NCBI GenBank assembly: GCA_963664295.1
Contig: OY760935.1
Span: 832,001-896,000 of the forward strand
Reading direction: 5' to 3'
From: Candidatus Altimarinota bacterium
GTDB lineage: Bacteria; Patescibacteriota; Gracilibacteria; CAIRYL01; GCA-016699755
DNA length: 64,000 nucleotides
Shown here: positions 48,991 through 59,913 of the stretch, piece by piece
Layout of the letters: every line of letters begins with the position of its first letter
Position numbering within the stretch: the stretch's first letter is position 1
The notes under the pieces: model-generated
The model's database searches: none
Told to the model about the DNA's origin: nothing
The model's input: only the letters and a program-made list of their open reading frames with translations
Program-made: the position numbers and the translations under genes

Positions 48991-49758
48991 TTATTCAGAG
49001 TCTCCATTTTGATTAAGCTTACCTCTATAAATAAAACTAGTGGTTTCTCTCGGATCCAAAATATCAATACTCTCTAACTGAAACCTTATTTCCTGAACAT
49101 CAGCACCTAATTTACCAAGATTAGTAAGCTCTTGCCTTAATACATCTTGAAAATTTTTATTATTTCTTTCTTTTGCTAAGATATTAATTCCTTCTTGCGC
49201 AAGAATAATCCTTGCTTCTATTAAGCGAGGCATTGCATTGGCAACAATAGAAGTGTCAATTTGTATATCTAAATTTTTTATTAAAGCTAAAGTTGCTTGA
49301 ATTTTCAGCAAACCAACAGAAGCAATAACAACTTCTTCTTCTGGGTCTTCAATTTCTCTAAATTTTTCAAGTAAATCTTCTTGCCATTTTTCCGCCACCT
49401 TCTGCAATAAAGCAGGAACTTGCGCAAGTTCAGGAATGTCAAGATTAGCATCTTGCGCCTCTCCAAAGGGAACTTTAATTTTTTCCCAAACTTCTTGCGG
49501 AGTTAATAAATTGCCACTTTGCAATGCTTTCTTACAATTTTCTAATGCTTCTTTGCAATCTTCTTGAATTAATCTTGCCACCTCAGAGCCAGCTTGCAGT
49601 CCTTTTTCTTGATTGCCGCTTATAGCTTGCATAACCGGACTTTTTTCTACTTGCCCTCGAAACCAGCCTGCAAATTTTTGTAATGGATTGTCTTTTTCTG
49701 GATTATTTTGGCTTTTTAATCCTACTTCTTGACTTTTTTCAAGTTTATTTCCTTTCAT
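48991..49758 (-). CDS. Hypothetical helical protein (255 aa)
   Basis: ORF with minus-strand TTGACA-17-TATATT upstream. Confidence 0.7.
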   Translation of the reverse strand: MKGNKLEKSQEVGLKSQNNPEKDNPLQKFAGWFRGQVEKSPVMQAISGNQEKGLQAGSEVARLIQEDCKEALENCKKALQSGNLLTPQEVWEKIKVPFGEAQDANLDIPELAQVPALLQKVAEKWQEDLLEKFREIEDPEEEVVIASVGLLKIQATLALIKNLDIQIDTSIVANAMPRLIEARIILAQEGINILAKERNNKNFQDVLRQELTNLGKLGADVQEIRFQLESIDILDPRETTSFIYRGKLNQNGDSE

Positions 49759-49811
49759 AACAAAATAAATAAGGGCAACTAATATAATTCCTTGTAATTA
49801 ATATGTCAATC

Positions 49812-50477
49812 TTAAAAATTTTCAGGAGAAATAATTATTGTAAACTCCCCTTTTTGCCTTTGTTTATCCTGCTTAAGAGCTTTTTTTAATTCCCCAACTG
49901 TACCGCGCAAATATTCTTCATAAATTTTGGTTAATTCACGAGCAATACAAATTTTACGATCAGGAGTAAAAATCTCTTCTGCTTGTTCGAGAAATTTCAT
50001 AATTCTATGTGTGGATTCATAAAGCACAGCTGTATGCGATAAGTTATTTATTTTTTCTAATATCTTTTTGCGCCCTTTTTTGTGTGGCAAAAAGCCAAAA
50101 AATTCAAAATGGCTAGCAGGAAAACCAGAAGCAGAAAGAGCGGTAATCACTGCACTTGCCCCAGGCAAAGCACTCACAGAAATATTGTTTTCATAAGTCG
50201 CAGAAACCAAGCGACTACCCGGATCAGAAACACAAGGAGTGCCAGCATCTGAGCTTAATGCGATTTTTTTGCCTTCTTTTAGTAATTTAATTATTTTTTC
50301 TGGATCTGACCCAGCATGAAACGAGATTGTCGGAGTTTTTATATTAAAATGACTAAGGAGTTTTTTTGTATGACGGGTGTCCTCCGAGGCTATAAAATCA
50401 ACCTCTTGAAAAACTTTTATTGCCCTTGAAGTCAAGTCTTCAAGGTTGCCAATGGGAGTGGGTACGATATAAAGCAT
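49812..50477 (-). CDS. rsmI: 16S rRNA (cytidine1402-2'-O)-methyltransferase
   Basis: PTPIGNLED, EDTR, SDAGTP..SDPG, YES.HR, ARELTK.YEE. Confidence 0.96.
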   Translation of the reverse strand: MLYIVPTPIGNLEDLTSRAIKVFQEVDFIASEDTRHTKKLLSHFNIKTPTISFHAGSDPEKIIKLLKEGKKIALSSDAGTPCVSDPGSRLVSATYENNISVSALPGASAVITALSASGFPASHFEFFGFLPHKKGRKKILEKINNLSHTAVLYESTHRIMKFLEQAEEIFTPDRKICIARELTKIYEEYLRGTVGELKKALKQDKQRQKGEFTIIISPENF

Positions 50478-50604
50478 GAACTAATTATATTTTTTTTGTT
50501 TATTTTTGTCATTATTTAAAAAATTTTATTTTTTTGTGCAAATTAACACTAAAGCCTTGACTTTTTACTAAAAAATATTAAAATATAATACCTTAATTTT
50601 ATTT

Positions 50605-51912
50605 GTGAACAAAACAGAAAAAAAATACCATTATCAGGCAATAGCATCAAAAACAATAGCTAAAGTTAAAAGAGGTGACAGAGAACAAACAGGCATCAAG
50701 CATTATCGCAACGAAGAAACAATGGCTATCTTAAGTTTTTTAAATAATAGCGATAGCAACAGAGTTATGGTTTGTGGTGGCATGGGCTCTGCTGGAAAAA
50801 CAGCTACAGCTGATCAAATTAGATTAAAAAATAAATCAATAGCTTATATTGATGGAACAAGAAGTATGTTTGATGGCGATCTTTCTGACTCAAAGCTATT
50901 TCAAACATTACTAAACCATTTAAGAAAACAAGGCGCTAATCATCAGCACTTGTTTATTGATGAAACTATATGGTGGACCACAGATAAAATCAGAGAACAA
51001 ATGAAAAGGCTTATAGAAAAACTATTGGACCATTTTGATAAAATTGTCATGTTTGGCGGAGGAGCAAGTTTTACTGCTGATGAACAAAATGAAGAAATAG
51101 CAAAACTCATTCCTGGTTCAATTGGGGTACAAGAAAATCCGTTCTACATAAAGCCACTAAATATCACACAAACAAGTCAATTTATCAGATCAAAGTTTCT
51201 CAGTATATATAAAATACCTTTTTCAAAGGAAATTGCTGAAATCATTGCTAGTTCTTACATAGAATATTTTCGCATTTTAAGAATTGTCGGACTTACTTGC
51301 GACATGTTTCCTCTTCTTTATCAGGAATACCACTATGTCGATGAAGAAGATAGAGGTGTCAACTGGGATGCATTAAGCACAATGGGGATGCGCAATCTTG
51401 TTAAGCATAATGGATATTTTGTCTCAGCATACGACGCTTTTGATGAACAAGAAGATGCTTTTTTACAAGCTACAACTGCTCTACAAAAAAATCCTGAATG
51501 GCACCATTTTGAGGCAACGCTAAATAAACAAGAGGAGCAAAAAGAGGCAAGATTTCAACAAAAAATGTCATATAGAACTAGACGAAAAAAAGTGCATAAA
51601 GAGGCAGATGAGCTAAGAATGATACATATGGGCAATAAATGTTTAAACGAAACAAATCTTCTTCGAGAAGATTTGAGACAACAACACAATTATGCAACTG
51701 AATCACTTGAAAAAATCTTAGAAGAAAATTTTCCAGACTTAGATCCAGTCAAAAAAGAAGCACTAACGCTAGAATTATTAGCAATACAAGAGGCTGAACT
51801 AGAAGAGGCACTAGAACTTCTAAGGCAAAGACAAGAAGATGAAATCATCTTACGTGAACAATTTGCACAAAAAAGACAAAACTTTGAAATGGAATTATCA
51901 AAATTAATTTAA
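50605..51912 (+). CDS. Hypothetical protein with divergent P-loop-like motifs and C-terminal coiled coil
   Basis: GGMGSAGKT and LFIDE motifs; GTG start. Confidence 0.65.
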   Translation: MNKTEKKYHYQAIASKTIAKVKRGDREQTGIKHYRNEETMAILSFLNNSDSNRVMVCGGMGSAGKTATADQIRLKNKSIAYIDGTRSMFDGDLSDSKLFQTLLNHLRKQGANHQHLFIDETIWWTTDKIREQMKRLIEKLLDHFDKIVMFGGGASFTADEQNEEIAKLIPGSIGVQENPFYIKPLNITQTSQFIRSKFLSIYKIPFSKEIAEIIASSYIEYFRILRIVGLTCDMFPLLYQEYHYVDEEDRGVNWDALSTMGMRNLVKHNGYFVSAYDAFDEQEDAFLQATTALQKNPEWHHFEATLNKQEEQKEARFQQKMSYRTRRKKVHKEADELRMIHMGNKCLNETNLLREDLRQQHNYATESLEKILEENFPDLDPVKKEALTLELLAIQEAELEEALELLRQRQEDEIILREQFAQKRQNFEMELSKLI

Positions 51913-51915
51913 AAA

Positions 51916-53238
51916 CTAATTCCTTAACTCTCTCATGTGTTCCACTCTTTTATTTAATAATTCTTTTGTTCCAATATCTTTTCTGTGAAAAACAGGGCCT
52001 TTTACTGCTTTTGTTGCCTGTTCTGCTAACTCCTCGGCTTCTTTGATTGTGTCTGCTATGCCTGTGAAAGAAATTGCTCTTGAGCCTTTTAGATAAAGCT
52101 TGCCATCTTTTGCGTCAATGCTGGCAAAATTCACCTCTACATTATCAGGAATAAGTCCAATATCTAGTTCAATTTCTACATTTTTTACTGGCTTATCTGG
52201 ATAACCCTCTGGCACAATATACTTACAAACAGTAGCTTTGTTTGCGAATTTTATTTCTGTTTCTGCTAATTTCTCGTTAATCACTGCCTCGCAAACTTCT
52301 ACAAAATCACTTTCTAAAATTGGCAAAACATTCATTGCTTCAGGATCACCAAAACGCGCGTTGTATTCAATCAAGCGCACGCCATTTGGAGTGGCAATAA
52401 ATCCGCCATACATTATGCCGTGATATTTTTCTCCACATTCTTTTTCCAGCGCTTCCATGACCGCACGAGTAATGTCTGCTCCTTCTTGTAAATCCTGTGG
52501 AATTAAAAATGGCAAATTATGATCAGCAGAAGAAACTGTGCCCATTCCTCCTGTGTTTGGACCTTCGTCATTTTCATATGCTCTTTTGTTGTCTTGCACT
52601 AATGGCATTGGGACTATTGTATGACCATCAGCAAAAAACATAGCAGAAAACTCTTGTCCTACTAATTTTTCTTCAATAATTACTCTATCTGAATTTTCTA
52701 GACACTCTTTTGCGAATTCCAAGCCTTCGGCAATAGTGCCAAAATGATCTCCTTGCACTTTTACGCCTTTTCCTCCTAATAATCCATCATATTTCACTAC
52801 AATTTCTCCTAAACTTTCTGCATATTCCTCCATTCCGTCTGTATTATTAAACACCTTAAAATCAGGGTTTGCCGGGATATTATATTTTTTGACTAATTCA
52901 CGAGTAAAACTTTTTGAGCTTTCTAAGCGAGCCAAGGATTTATTTGGTGCCATGCTTTTTATGCCCAATGTCAAAAGTTCATCACCTGCACCCTCTGCAA
53001 TTGGATCATCTGGCCCTACTATTGCAAAATCTGGTTCTACTTTTTTTGCAAACTCTTTTAAATCTGCAAAATTCATCAAATTATCTGTTATATAAACTTC
53101 TGCTGCTATTTCTGCAATTCCAGGGTTTTTTGCATTCATAAAAACATAAATTTCTGGATTTTGTGGGCTTTTTTTAAGTGCCTTACAAATTGCATGTTCT
53201 CTGGCTCCATTGCCAACAACTAATACTTTTTTACTCAT
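51916..53238 (-). CDS. purD: Phosphoribosylamine--glycine ligase
   Basis: VGNGAREHA, LESSK, GGKGV, GPNTGGMG, IEYNARFGDPE; start ATG 53238. Confidence 0.96.
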   Translation of the reverse strand: MSKKVLVVGNGAREHAICKALKKSPQNPEIYVFMNAKNPGIAEIAAEVYITDNLMNFADLKEFAKKVEPDFAIVGPDDPIAEGAGDELLTLGIKSMAPNKSLARLESSKSFTRELVKKYNIPANPDFKVFNNTDGMEEYAESLGEIVVKYDGLLGGKGVKVQGDHFGTIAEGLEFAKECLENSDRVIIEEKLVGQEFSAMFFADGHTIVPMPLVQDNKRAYENDEGPNTGGMGTVSSADHNLPFLIPQDLQEGADITRAVMEALEKECGEKYHGIMYGGFIATPNGVRLIEYNARFGDPEAMNVLPILESDFVEVCEAVINEKLAETEIKFANKATVCKYIVPEGYPDKPVKNVEIELDIGLIPDNVEVNFASIDAKDGKLYLKGSRAISFTGIADTIKEAEELAEQATKAVKGPVFHRKDIGTKELLNKRVEHMRELRN

Positions 53239-53352
53239 AATAATTATACAAAGATAGTGAAGATTTTCCTTGATTTTTGCCAAAATCGCAAGAAAAATTA
53301 ACTTGAAAATAAGCACAAGTCATTCTAAACTTCTTCCTCATTTTAATTATTC

Positions 53353-54120
53353 ATGCATAATCCTGATCACAAAAAAGTTGATAATGCAGAAAAAGATGCA
53401 ATTGAAGATCTGTTTTATTATGGCAAACGAACAATAATTGAAAATAATCATATGGAAGTCTTGAGCCCAAAGATGACTTTTGATAATCTTCGCCTTTTGA
53501 CAAATGGTGACCCATGCTCAAATGAGTTAATTGATTTATTAAGTAGCCAAAAAGGAGTTGAAAAAATATTAAAACTTTTTGACTTAGATCTTTATTTTTT
53601 TAGGGGCATTTTTGACACTAATAATGGACAAACAAAAAATCTTGTAAAGCTTAGTGAAAACGGTGTCCACACCACAAATGGCGCAGAAATATGGCTTCCC
53701 TGGGAGCTTGCAACAATTATTAAAATTATTGGCGATGAATTTTATAAAAAATTTAAACAACATTTAGAAATTTGTTCAGGTTATCGTAGTCCTGCTTATC
53801 AAATTTACTTAATTTGCTACTATGGCTCTCGCATTTTTGATAAAAATGGGGTGCATCTTGGGCACAGGACTCTTGAAGAAGTTTTAAAAACCGCTGCTCC
53901 TCCTGGCTGTAGCGAGCACCAACTTGTTTATAATCCTGCTTTTGATGTGACTAATTTTCGCACTGACACTGCCTTAATGACAATTCCAGAAATTCGTCAA
54001 ATAATTGAATGGAAATGGTTTAAGCGCAGGGCAGAAGAAATGGAAATAGAAGAAACCTATGGACAAGGCACAAATAATAATGGCCTTGGTGAACCTTGGC
54101 ATTTTCGAAAAATATCTTAA
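53353..54120 (+). CDS. M15 family D,D-carboxypeptidase-like protein (VanY-like)
   Basis: SGYRS..YQ, APPGCSEHQ...AFD, EPWHF. Confidence 0.82.
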   Translation: MHNPDHKKVDNAEKDAIEDLFYYGKRTIIENNHMEVLSPKMTFDNLRLLTNGDPCSNELIDLLSSQKGVEKILKLFDLDLYFFRGIFDTNNGQTKNLVKLSENGVHTTNGAEIWLPWELATIIKIIGDEFYKKFKQHLEICSGYRSPAYQIYLICYYGSRIFDKNGVHLGHRTLEEVLKTAAPPGCSEHQLVYNPAFDVTNFRTDTALMTIPEIRQIIEWKWFKRRAEEMEIEETYGQGTNNNGLGEPWHFRKIS

Positions 54121-55604
54121 TTAAAACGGTAGATAAAAACAGCAGAGTCTATGCTTTCTTGTTCTTCAAAAATCAAATCAGTATTAAATTCAATATAACT
54201 CAATACATCTTGGGGAATTTTTTCAGATGCATATTGATCAAAAACAATAAAACCTTTTTGATTTAATACTAATTTATGTAAATCAACCAAATCTGTAATT
54301 GGCTTTGAATTTGTGTGGCGAATTTTAAAATCAGTATTATCCCAATTAACCTGCTCTTCTAGATCAAAAGGTAAAAAATAATCTGTTTTGCCTATATAAA
54401 AATCTGTTATTTCCGGGTAAGCAGAAATAATAATTTCTTCATTTTGCAAATTGTCTTTAATAAATTGATGAGCTTTTTTAAAATCCGGTTGAGGGCTTTT
54501 TACGCGATAATCATCAGAATATTTAAGACTATCTGACTCCAGATAATATTTTTCCTGAGGAAAATAAACAAGTTCATTAGAAAAAAAGGACAATAAAACA
54601 AACAAAATAATCCATAAAAATTTTAAGCGTGGACTAGCTTTATAAAAACCTGTTTCCAAATAAACCATAGCCAAAATTATCATTAAAGGAAAAAGAGGGA
54701 ATAAATAACGATAATTAAGCAAGGGCACAAAAAAAGACAAACACAAAAAATAAACAACAAAACAAGCACCCACAAAAACAATTACTTTTTTTTCTTTTTT
54801 GTCAAAATTAACAGAGCGCATCATAAAAGCCAGCAAGGCTAATAAAAATATCCACAAATGAGAATGAATTAAAAAGCGCAAATAAAAACCTAAATAATTA
54901 TTAAATTCAAATAAATTTGTATCTAAAACTAAAAAATCAACAGCAAAAAGCCCAATTCCAAAAATTAAAATTGTTAAAATATATGAACGATGTTTTTTAA
55001 ATTCACCAAAAACAAAAAAACCAATAAAGGCAAAAATCAATAAAAACAAGCCAAGCTTATGGGACAAAAAAGCACAAATTGCAAAAAATATGAAAAATAA
55101 AAAATCTTTTAATTTTTCTTTTTCATAAAAAGAAAATAGAAACAACAAAGCTAATAAAAAGAAAAATTGAAGTTGGCTGTACATTCTTGCCTGCATAGAC
55201 CAAACAATTTGCCACTGCGAAAGCACCAAAAATAAAGAACTTAAATAAGGAACTGCTTTTTGTTTGGGAAATATTTTTTTTGCCAAAAAAAAGCTAATCA
55301 AAACACTCAAAACACCAAAAATTGCTGGAAAAAATCTATAAGCAAATTCATTTTCGCCAAAAATCTTAACACCTAAAAATAAAAAGAAATTATGCAATAA
55401 TGCTGTTTTGTCAAAATTATCCAAAAAAATAACCTGCCAGCCTGAGTCTAAAATTCTTTTTACTAAAGCAATAGAAAATCCCTCATCCATCCACAAAGAA
55501 GCAGAATAAAGATTATAAAAACGAAAAAAAGTAGCTAAAACTAGCAAAAAAATTAAAAACAATGCTGTGTGGCGATTTTGAAAAATTTTTTTTACTTTAT
55601 TCAT
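54117..55604 (-). CDS. GT-C polytopic glycosyltransferase (ArnT/PMT-like, family 39)
   Basis: SLWMDE, GENEFAYR, SMQARMYS; many TM segments. Confidence 0.88.
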   Translation of the reverse strand: MNKVKKIFQNRHTALFLIFLLVLATFFRFYNLYSASLWMDEGFSIALVKRILDSGWQVIFLDNFDKTALLHNFFLFLGVKIFGENEFAYRFFPAIFGVLSVLISFFLAKKIFPKQKAVPYLSSLFLVLSQWQIVWSMQARMYSQLQFFFLLALLFLFSFYEKEKLKDFLFFIFFAICAFLSHKLGLFLLIFAFIGFFVFGEFKKHRSYILTILIFGIGLFAVDFLVLDTNLFEFNNYLGFYLRFLIHSHLWIFLLALLAFMMRSVNFDKKEKKVIVFVGACFVVYFLCLSFFVPLLNYRYLFPLFPLMIILAMVYLETGFYKASPRLKFLWIILFVLLSFFSNELVYFPQEKYYLESDSLKYSDDYRVKSPQPDFKKAHQFIKDNLQNEEIIISAYPEITDFYIGKTDYFLPFDLEEQVNWDNTDFKIRHTNSKPITDLVDLHKLVLNQKGFIVFDQYASEKIPQDVLSYIEFNTDLIFEEQESIDSAVFIYRFN

Positions 55605-55668
55605 AGTAATTATTTTATCTATTTTTAAAATAAAAATCTATAACAGTCAATTAAAAAATAAAAAAAAG

Positions 55669-55696
55669 TTGACAAAAAAAATAATAGCTATAAAAT
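55669..55696 (+). promoter_or_regulatory. Putative rpoB promoter
   Basis: TTGACA, 16-nt spacer, TAAAAT. Confidence 0.55.
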
Positions 55697-55769
55697 GAGA
55701 CAGCATATTTTTATGCACAGAATTATAAATAATAAATTTGACTTTAAGACGCTTTTTTAGTTGTTTTGC

Positions 55770-58700
55770 ATGGCTTCAAGAAATACGAAAAAGACCTCAC
55801 AAAAAACAACTTCTGTAAAGGGCCTTCCTTTTCAGCCTGTTAAGACTGAAAATGAGCGCTTATTTTTCACAGAAGGAAATGAAGGCTTTAAAATGCCTAA
55901 CTTAATTGAGGTTCAACTCCAATCTCATGAATGGTTTTTGACCAGTGGTCTAAAAGAACTGTTCGAGGAAATTTCTCCTATTACTGATTTTTCCGGAAAG
56001 AAAATGGAACTACATTTTCTTTCACACACTTTTGACAAACCAAAGTTTTCTCCGGAACAAGCTCGCAAACGCAATGGTTCTTATGAGGCCAATTTGCGCG
56101 CGCATGTTCGCTTAATCAACAAAGAAACCGGGGAAATCAAAGAGCAGGATGTCTTCTTGGGATCTATCCCTTTGATGACAGAAAAAGGAACTTTTGTTGT
56201 TAATGGTATTGAGCGTGTTGTTGTTAACCAGCTTGTTCGCAGTCCTGGCGTTTTCTTTTCTGAAAGCACAACCATACCTGGATATTTTAATGCAAAATTA
56301 ATTCCAAAAAGAGGTGTTTGGTTAGAAATTGAAACTGATAAAAAAGGTATTATTACTGTTAAAATTGATCGCAAAAGAAAAATACCTGTCACTCAACTAC
56401 TTCGAATATTTGGTTATGATACTGACAAAAAAGTTATTGATTTATTTAAAGACTTATCAGTTGACATTAAAGATGACTTTATTTTAAAAACTCTTGAAAA
56501 AGATAGTGCCGATGATGTAAAAATTGCTTATCAGGAAGTTTATAAAAAAATTCGTCCTGGCGACATGGCTACCCCAGAAAATGCAAAAAGTATGATTGAC
56601 GCCATGTTTTTTGATTTTAAACGTTATGACCTTGGGCCTATTGCTCGCTATAAAATAAACAAACGCTTTGGCACAAAAATTAAAGATGATATTAAAAGTC
56701 GTGTTTTCCAAGTTGAAGACTTTGTAAATATTGTACGCAAGCTTATTGAGCTTAATGTTAAAGGAGGAAGGGAAGATGATATTGATCATCTTGCTAATAG
56801 GCGTGTCCGCAGTGTTGGTGAATTAGTACAAAATAAGTTTAGGGTTGGTCTTTTAAGATTAGACAGAATTGCTAAAGACCGCATGACTGTTATGGATCTT
56901 GAAACTGTCACTCCTACTCAACTTATCAATTCTCGTCCAATTACTGCTTCAATGCGTGAATTTTTTATGAGTTCACAACTTTCTCAATTTATGGATCAAA
57001 CCAATCCATTATCAGAACTAGCTCACAAGCGTAGGCTTTCTGCTATGGGTCCTGGTGGTTTATCACGTGAAAGAGCGAGTTTTGATGTTCGCGATGTGCA
57101 TCCTTCTCATTATGGTAGAATTTGCCCAATCTCTACTCCAGAAGGTCCAAATATTGGTCTTGTTGTGCATTTAGCAAACTATGCTCGTGTTAATGAATAT
57201 GGCTTTATTAAAACTCCTTTTAGAACAGTTGCACACACTGTAAAAAATAATGCTAAAGATTTAATAAATCATATTGTTGATGAAGATATTGCAAAAATTT
57301 GCAAAATCGGCGATATAATTGACGAAAAAATGGCTAAAAAAATAGCCACTGACAAAAAAAAGAAGGATATAAAAGTGCGTGCTTATTTAACAGATGAAGT
57401 TAAATATTATGACGCAGATGAAGAAAATGATCTTTTGATTGCTCAAGCAAACTCAAAACTTGATGAACATGGTCAATTTTTGCGCTCTCGTATTGCGGCT
57501 CGTAAAGCAAATGAGCCATTTCTTGCTCATGTTCGCGACATTACCCATATTGACGTTTCTCCGAAACAGATTATATCTGAAACAACTGCTTTAATTCCTT
57601 TCTTAGAAAACGACGATAATACTCGTGCTTCTATGGGATCAAACATGCAGAGACAGGCTGTGCCTTTGGTTAGGCCTGAATCTCCTATTGTTGGTACTGG
57701 ACTAGAAAAAACTGTTGCCGAGGCTGCTGGTCATTCACTTGTTGCCGAGGGTGATGGTGTTGTGGAAAGTGCTGATGCAGAACAAGTGACTATTAAGTAC
57801 AAAAACGGCAAAACTAAAACCTATGAAATGGAAACTTTTGTTCGCTCAAATCAAGCAATGTGTTTTTCTATGCGTACAATAGTGCGCAAAGGACAAAAAG
57901 TAAAAGCTGGTCAGCCTATTGGAGATGGTGCTTCTGTGGATAATGGTGATATTTCCCTTGGTCGCAACTTGTTTGTTGCTTATATGTCTTGGGGTGGTTA
58001 TAACTTTGAGGATGCGGTTATTCTTTCTTCAAGAGTAGCTCGTGAGGGTCATTATGACTCTATTCATATAGAAAATTATTCTATTGATGTTCGCGAAACA
58101 AAACTGGGTCACGAAATCATTACTCGTGATATTCCAAATGTAGGTGAGGCAAAATTAAAAGACCTTGATGCTGATGGCATTGTACGCATTGGTGCAATGG
58201 TAAACGAAGGTGATCTTTTGGTTGGTAAAATTACACCAAAAGGTGAAACTGAATTAACCCCAGAGGAAAGACTCCTCCAGGCCATTTTTGGCGAAAAAGC
58301 AAAAGATGTACGTGACACATCTCTTCGTCTTCCAGGTGGTGCAGGTGGTAAAGTTGTTGATATTCAAATTTTCTCCAGAGAAGAAGGTCATGAATTGCCA
58401 ACTGGAGTTATTAAACAAATTAGAGTTTTTGTTGCTCAAACCAGAAAAATCCAAGTTGGCGACAAAATGGCTGGTAGGCATGGTAATAAAGGTGTGATTT
58501 CAATTATTGTACCAGAAGAAGATATGCCATTTTTACCTGATGGAACACCAGTTGACATTGTTCTAAATCCACTTGGTGTTGGTTCTCGTATGAATATCGG
58601 ACAGGTTTTAGAAACTCATCTTGGCTGGGTCGGCAAAACACTAGGTGTTAAATTTGCTACCCCTGCTCTTAATGGTATTTCAACTGATCAAATCGACGCC

Positions 58701-59324
58701 TTAGTCAAAGAAGCTGGATTGCCTGAAGACGGCAAAATTCAATTATTTGATGGTCGAACAGGCGAACCTTTCGCAAGAAGAACAACAGTTGGCATTGCTT
58801 ATATGCTTAAGTTGTCTCATATGGTTGAAGATAAAGTACATGCCAGAAGTGTTGGCCCTTATTCTATTGTCACTCAGCAACCACTTGGAGGTAAGGCTCA
58901 ACATGGTGGTCAGAGATTTGGTGAAATGGAGGTATGGGCACTGGAGGCTTATGGCGCAGCACACACTCTTCAAGAAATGCTTACTATCAAATCAGATGAT
59001 GTTATGGGAAGAAGTCGTGCATATGAAAGCATTGTTAAAGGTGAAAAAATTAAAAAACCATCAACACCAGAATCATTTAATGTTCTTGTGCATGAGCTTA
59101 GAGCTTTGGGTATTGATGTTGATTTGATTGACGAACAAAACCAGCATCTTGAACTAGAAGATGTCACTGATCTTGACGATGAAGATATTGAGGACGATAA
59201 AATTGAAGAATTAGAAACTGATGAAAAAGAAAGTGACGAAGATATTCAAAAAGAAATAGAGGGAGAAAGTGAAGAAGGCGCTAGTGCCGAGGAAGAGCTT
59301 AATGAATCATTAGAAGAGTCATAA
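55770..59324 (+). CDS. rpoB: RNA polymerase beta subunit
   Basis: SQLSQFMDQTNPL, TPEGPNIG, GDKMAGRHGNKG, GGQRFGEME; acidic tail. Confidence 0.99.
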   Translation: MASRNTKKTSQKTTSVKGLPFQPVKTENERLFFTEGNEGFKMPNLIEVQLQSHEWFLTSGLKELFEEISPITDFSGKKMELHFLSHTFDKPKFSPEQARKRNGSYEANLRAHVRLINKETGEIKEQDVFLGSIPLMTEKGTFVVNGIERVVVNQLVRSPGVFFSESTTIPGYFNAKLIPKRGVWLEIETDKKGIITVKIDRKRKIPVTQLLRIFGYDTDKKVIDLFKDLSVDIKDDFILKTLEKDSADDVKIAYQEVYKKIRPGDMATPENAKSMIDAMFFDFKRYDLGPIARYKINKRFGTKIKDDIKSRVFQVEDFVNIVRKLIELNVKGGREDDIDHLANRRVRSVGELVQNKFRVGLLRLDRIAKDRMTVMDLETVTPTQLINSRPITASMREFFMSSQLSQFMDQTNPLSELAHKRRLSAMGPGGLSRERASFDVRDVHPSHYGRICPISTPEGPNIGLVVHLANYARVNEYGFIKTPFRTVAHTVKNNAKDLINHIVDEDIAKICKIGDIIDEKMAKKIATDKKKKDIKVRAYLTDEVKYYDADEENDLLIAQANSKLDEHGQFLRSRIAARKANEPFLAHVRDITHIDVSPKQIISETTALIPFLENDDNTRASMGSNMQRQAVPLVRPESPIVGTGLEKTVAEAAGHSLVAEGDGVVESADAEQVTIKYKNGKTKTYEMETFVRSNQAMCFSMRTIVRKGQKVKAGQPIGDGASVDNGDISLGRNLFVAYMSWGGYNFEDAVILSSRVAREGHYDSIHIENYSIDVRETKLGHEIITRDIPNVGEAKLKDLDADGIVRIGAMVNEGDLLVGKITPKGETELTPEERLLQAIFGEKAKDVRDTSLRLPGGAGGKVVDIQIFSREEGHELPTGVIKQIRVFVAQTRKIQVGDKMAGRHGNKGVISIIVPEEDMPFLPDGTPVDIVLNPLGVGSRMNIGQVLETHLGWVGKTLGVKFATPALNGISTDQIDALVKEAGLPEDGKIQLFDGRTGEPFARRTTVGIAYMLKLSHMVEDKVHARSVGPYSIVTQQPLGGKAQHGGQRFGEMEVWALEAYGAAHTLQEMLTIKSDDVMGRSRAYESIVKGEKIKKPSTPESFNVLVHELRALGIDVDLIDEQNQHLELEDVTDLDDEDIEDDKIEELETDEKESDEDIQKEIEGESEEGASAEEELNESLEES

Positions 59325-59367
59325 ATTATTATAAATCCCTTTTTATTTTAAATTTTTTGTTAAATTT

Positions 59368-59913
59368 ATGAAAAATGTAAATCGAGTTTTCTTACTAGGG
59401 AATGTAAGCAGAGAACCAGAAATAAAAATGACTACCTCAAACAAAAAAGTTGCTATTTTTGGGATTGCAACCAATAGAGACTGGACTGTTCAAGACACTG
59501 GCGACAAACAATCTATGACTGAATTTCATAATTGCGTAGCTTGGGGCAGACTTGCTGATTTATGTGAAATGTATTTAACTAAAGGAAAACTTGTTTATGC
59601 CGAAGGATATTTAAAAACCCGATCTTGGGAAGATGAATCTGGAAAAAAACAATTTAGAACAGAAGTTGTTTTGATGGAAATTATTATTCTTGAAAAATTT
59701 TCCAAAAAAGAAGGTGAAGATGATGATTATCCAACAATGGACTTTGAACCTAATGAAGATTACGAAAAAAAAGAAGATGTAAAACCAGAACCTGCAAAAA
59801 AAGAGGAAGTTCAAAATGAAAAACTATTAGAAAAAGCTGAAGAAAAAGAGGAGGCTTCTGACGAAGCTCCTAGCATAAGCACACCTCTTTTTGAAGAAGA
59901 GGAAAATAAATAA
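59368..59913 (+). CDS. ssb: Single-stranded DNA-binding protein
   Basis: NRVFLLGN...PE, ATNR.W, TEFHNCVAWGRLA, KG.LVYAEGYLKTRSW. Confidence 0.92.
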   Translation: MKNVNRVFLLGNVSREPEIKMTTSNKKVAIFGIATNRDWTVQDTGDKQSMTEFHNCVAWGRLADLCEMYLTKGKLVYAEGYLKTRSWEDESGKKQFRTEVVLMEIIILEKFSKKEGEDDDYPTMDFEPNEDYEKKEDVKPEPAKKEEVQNEKLLEKAEEKEEASDEAPSISTPLFEEEENK

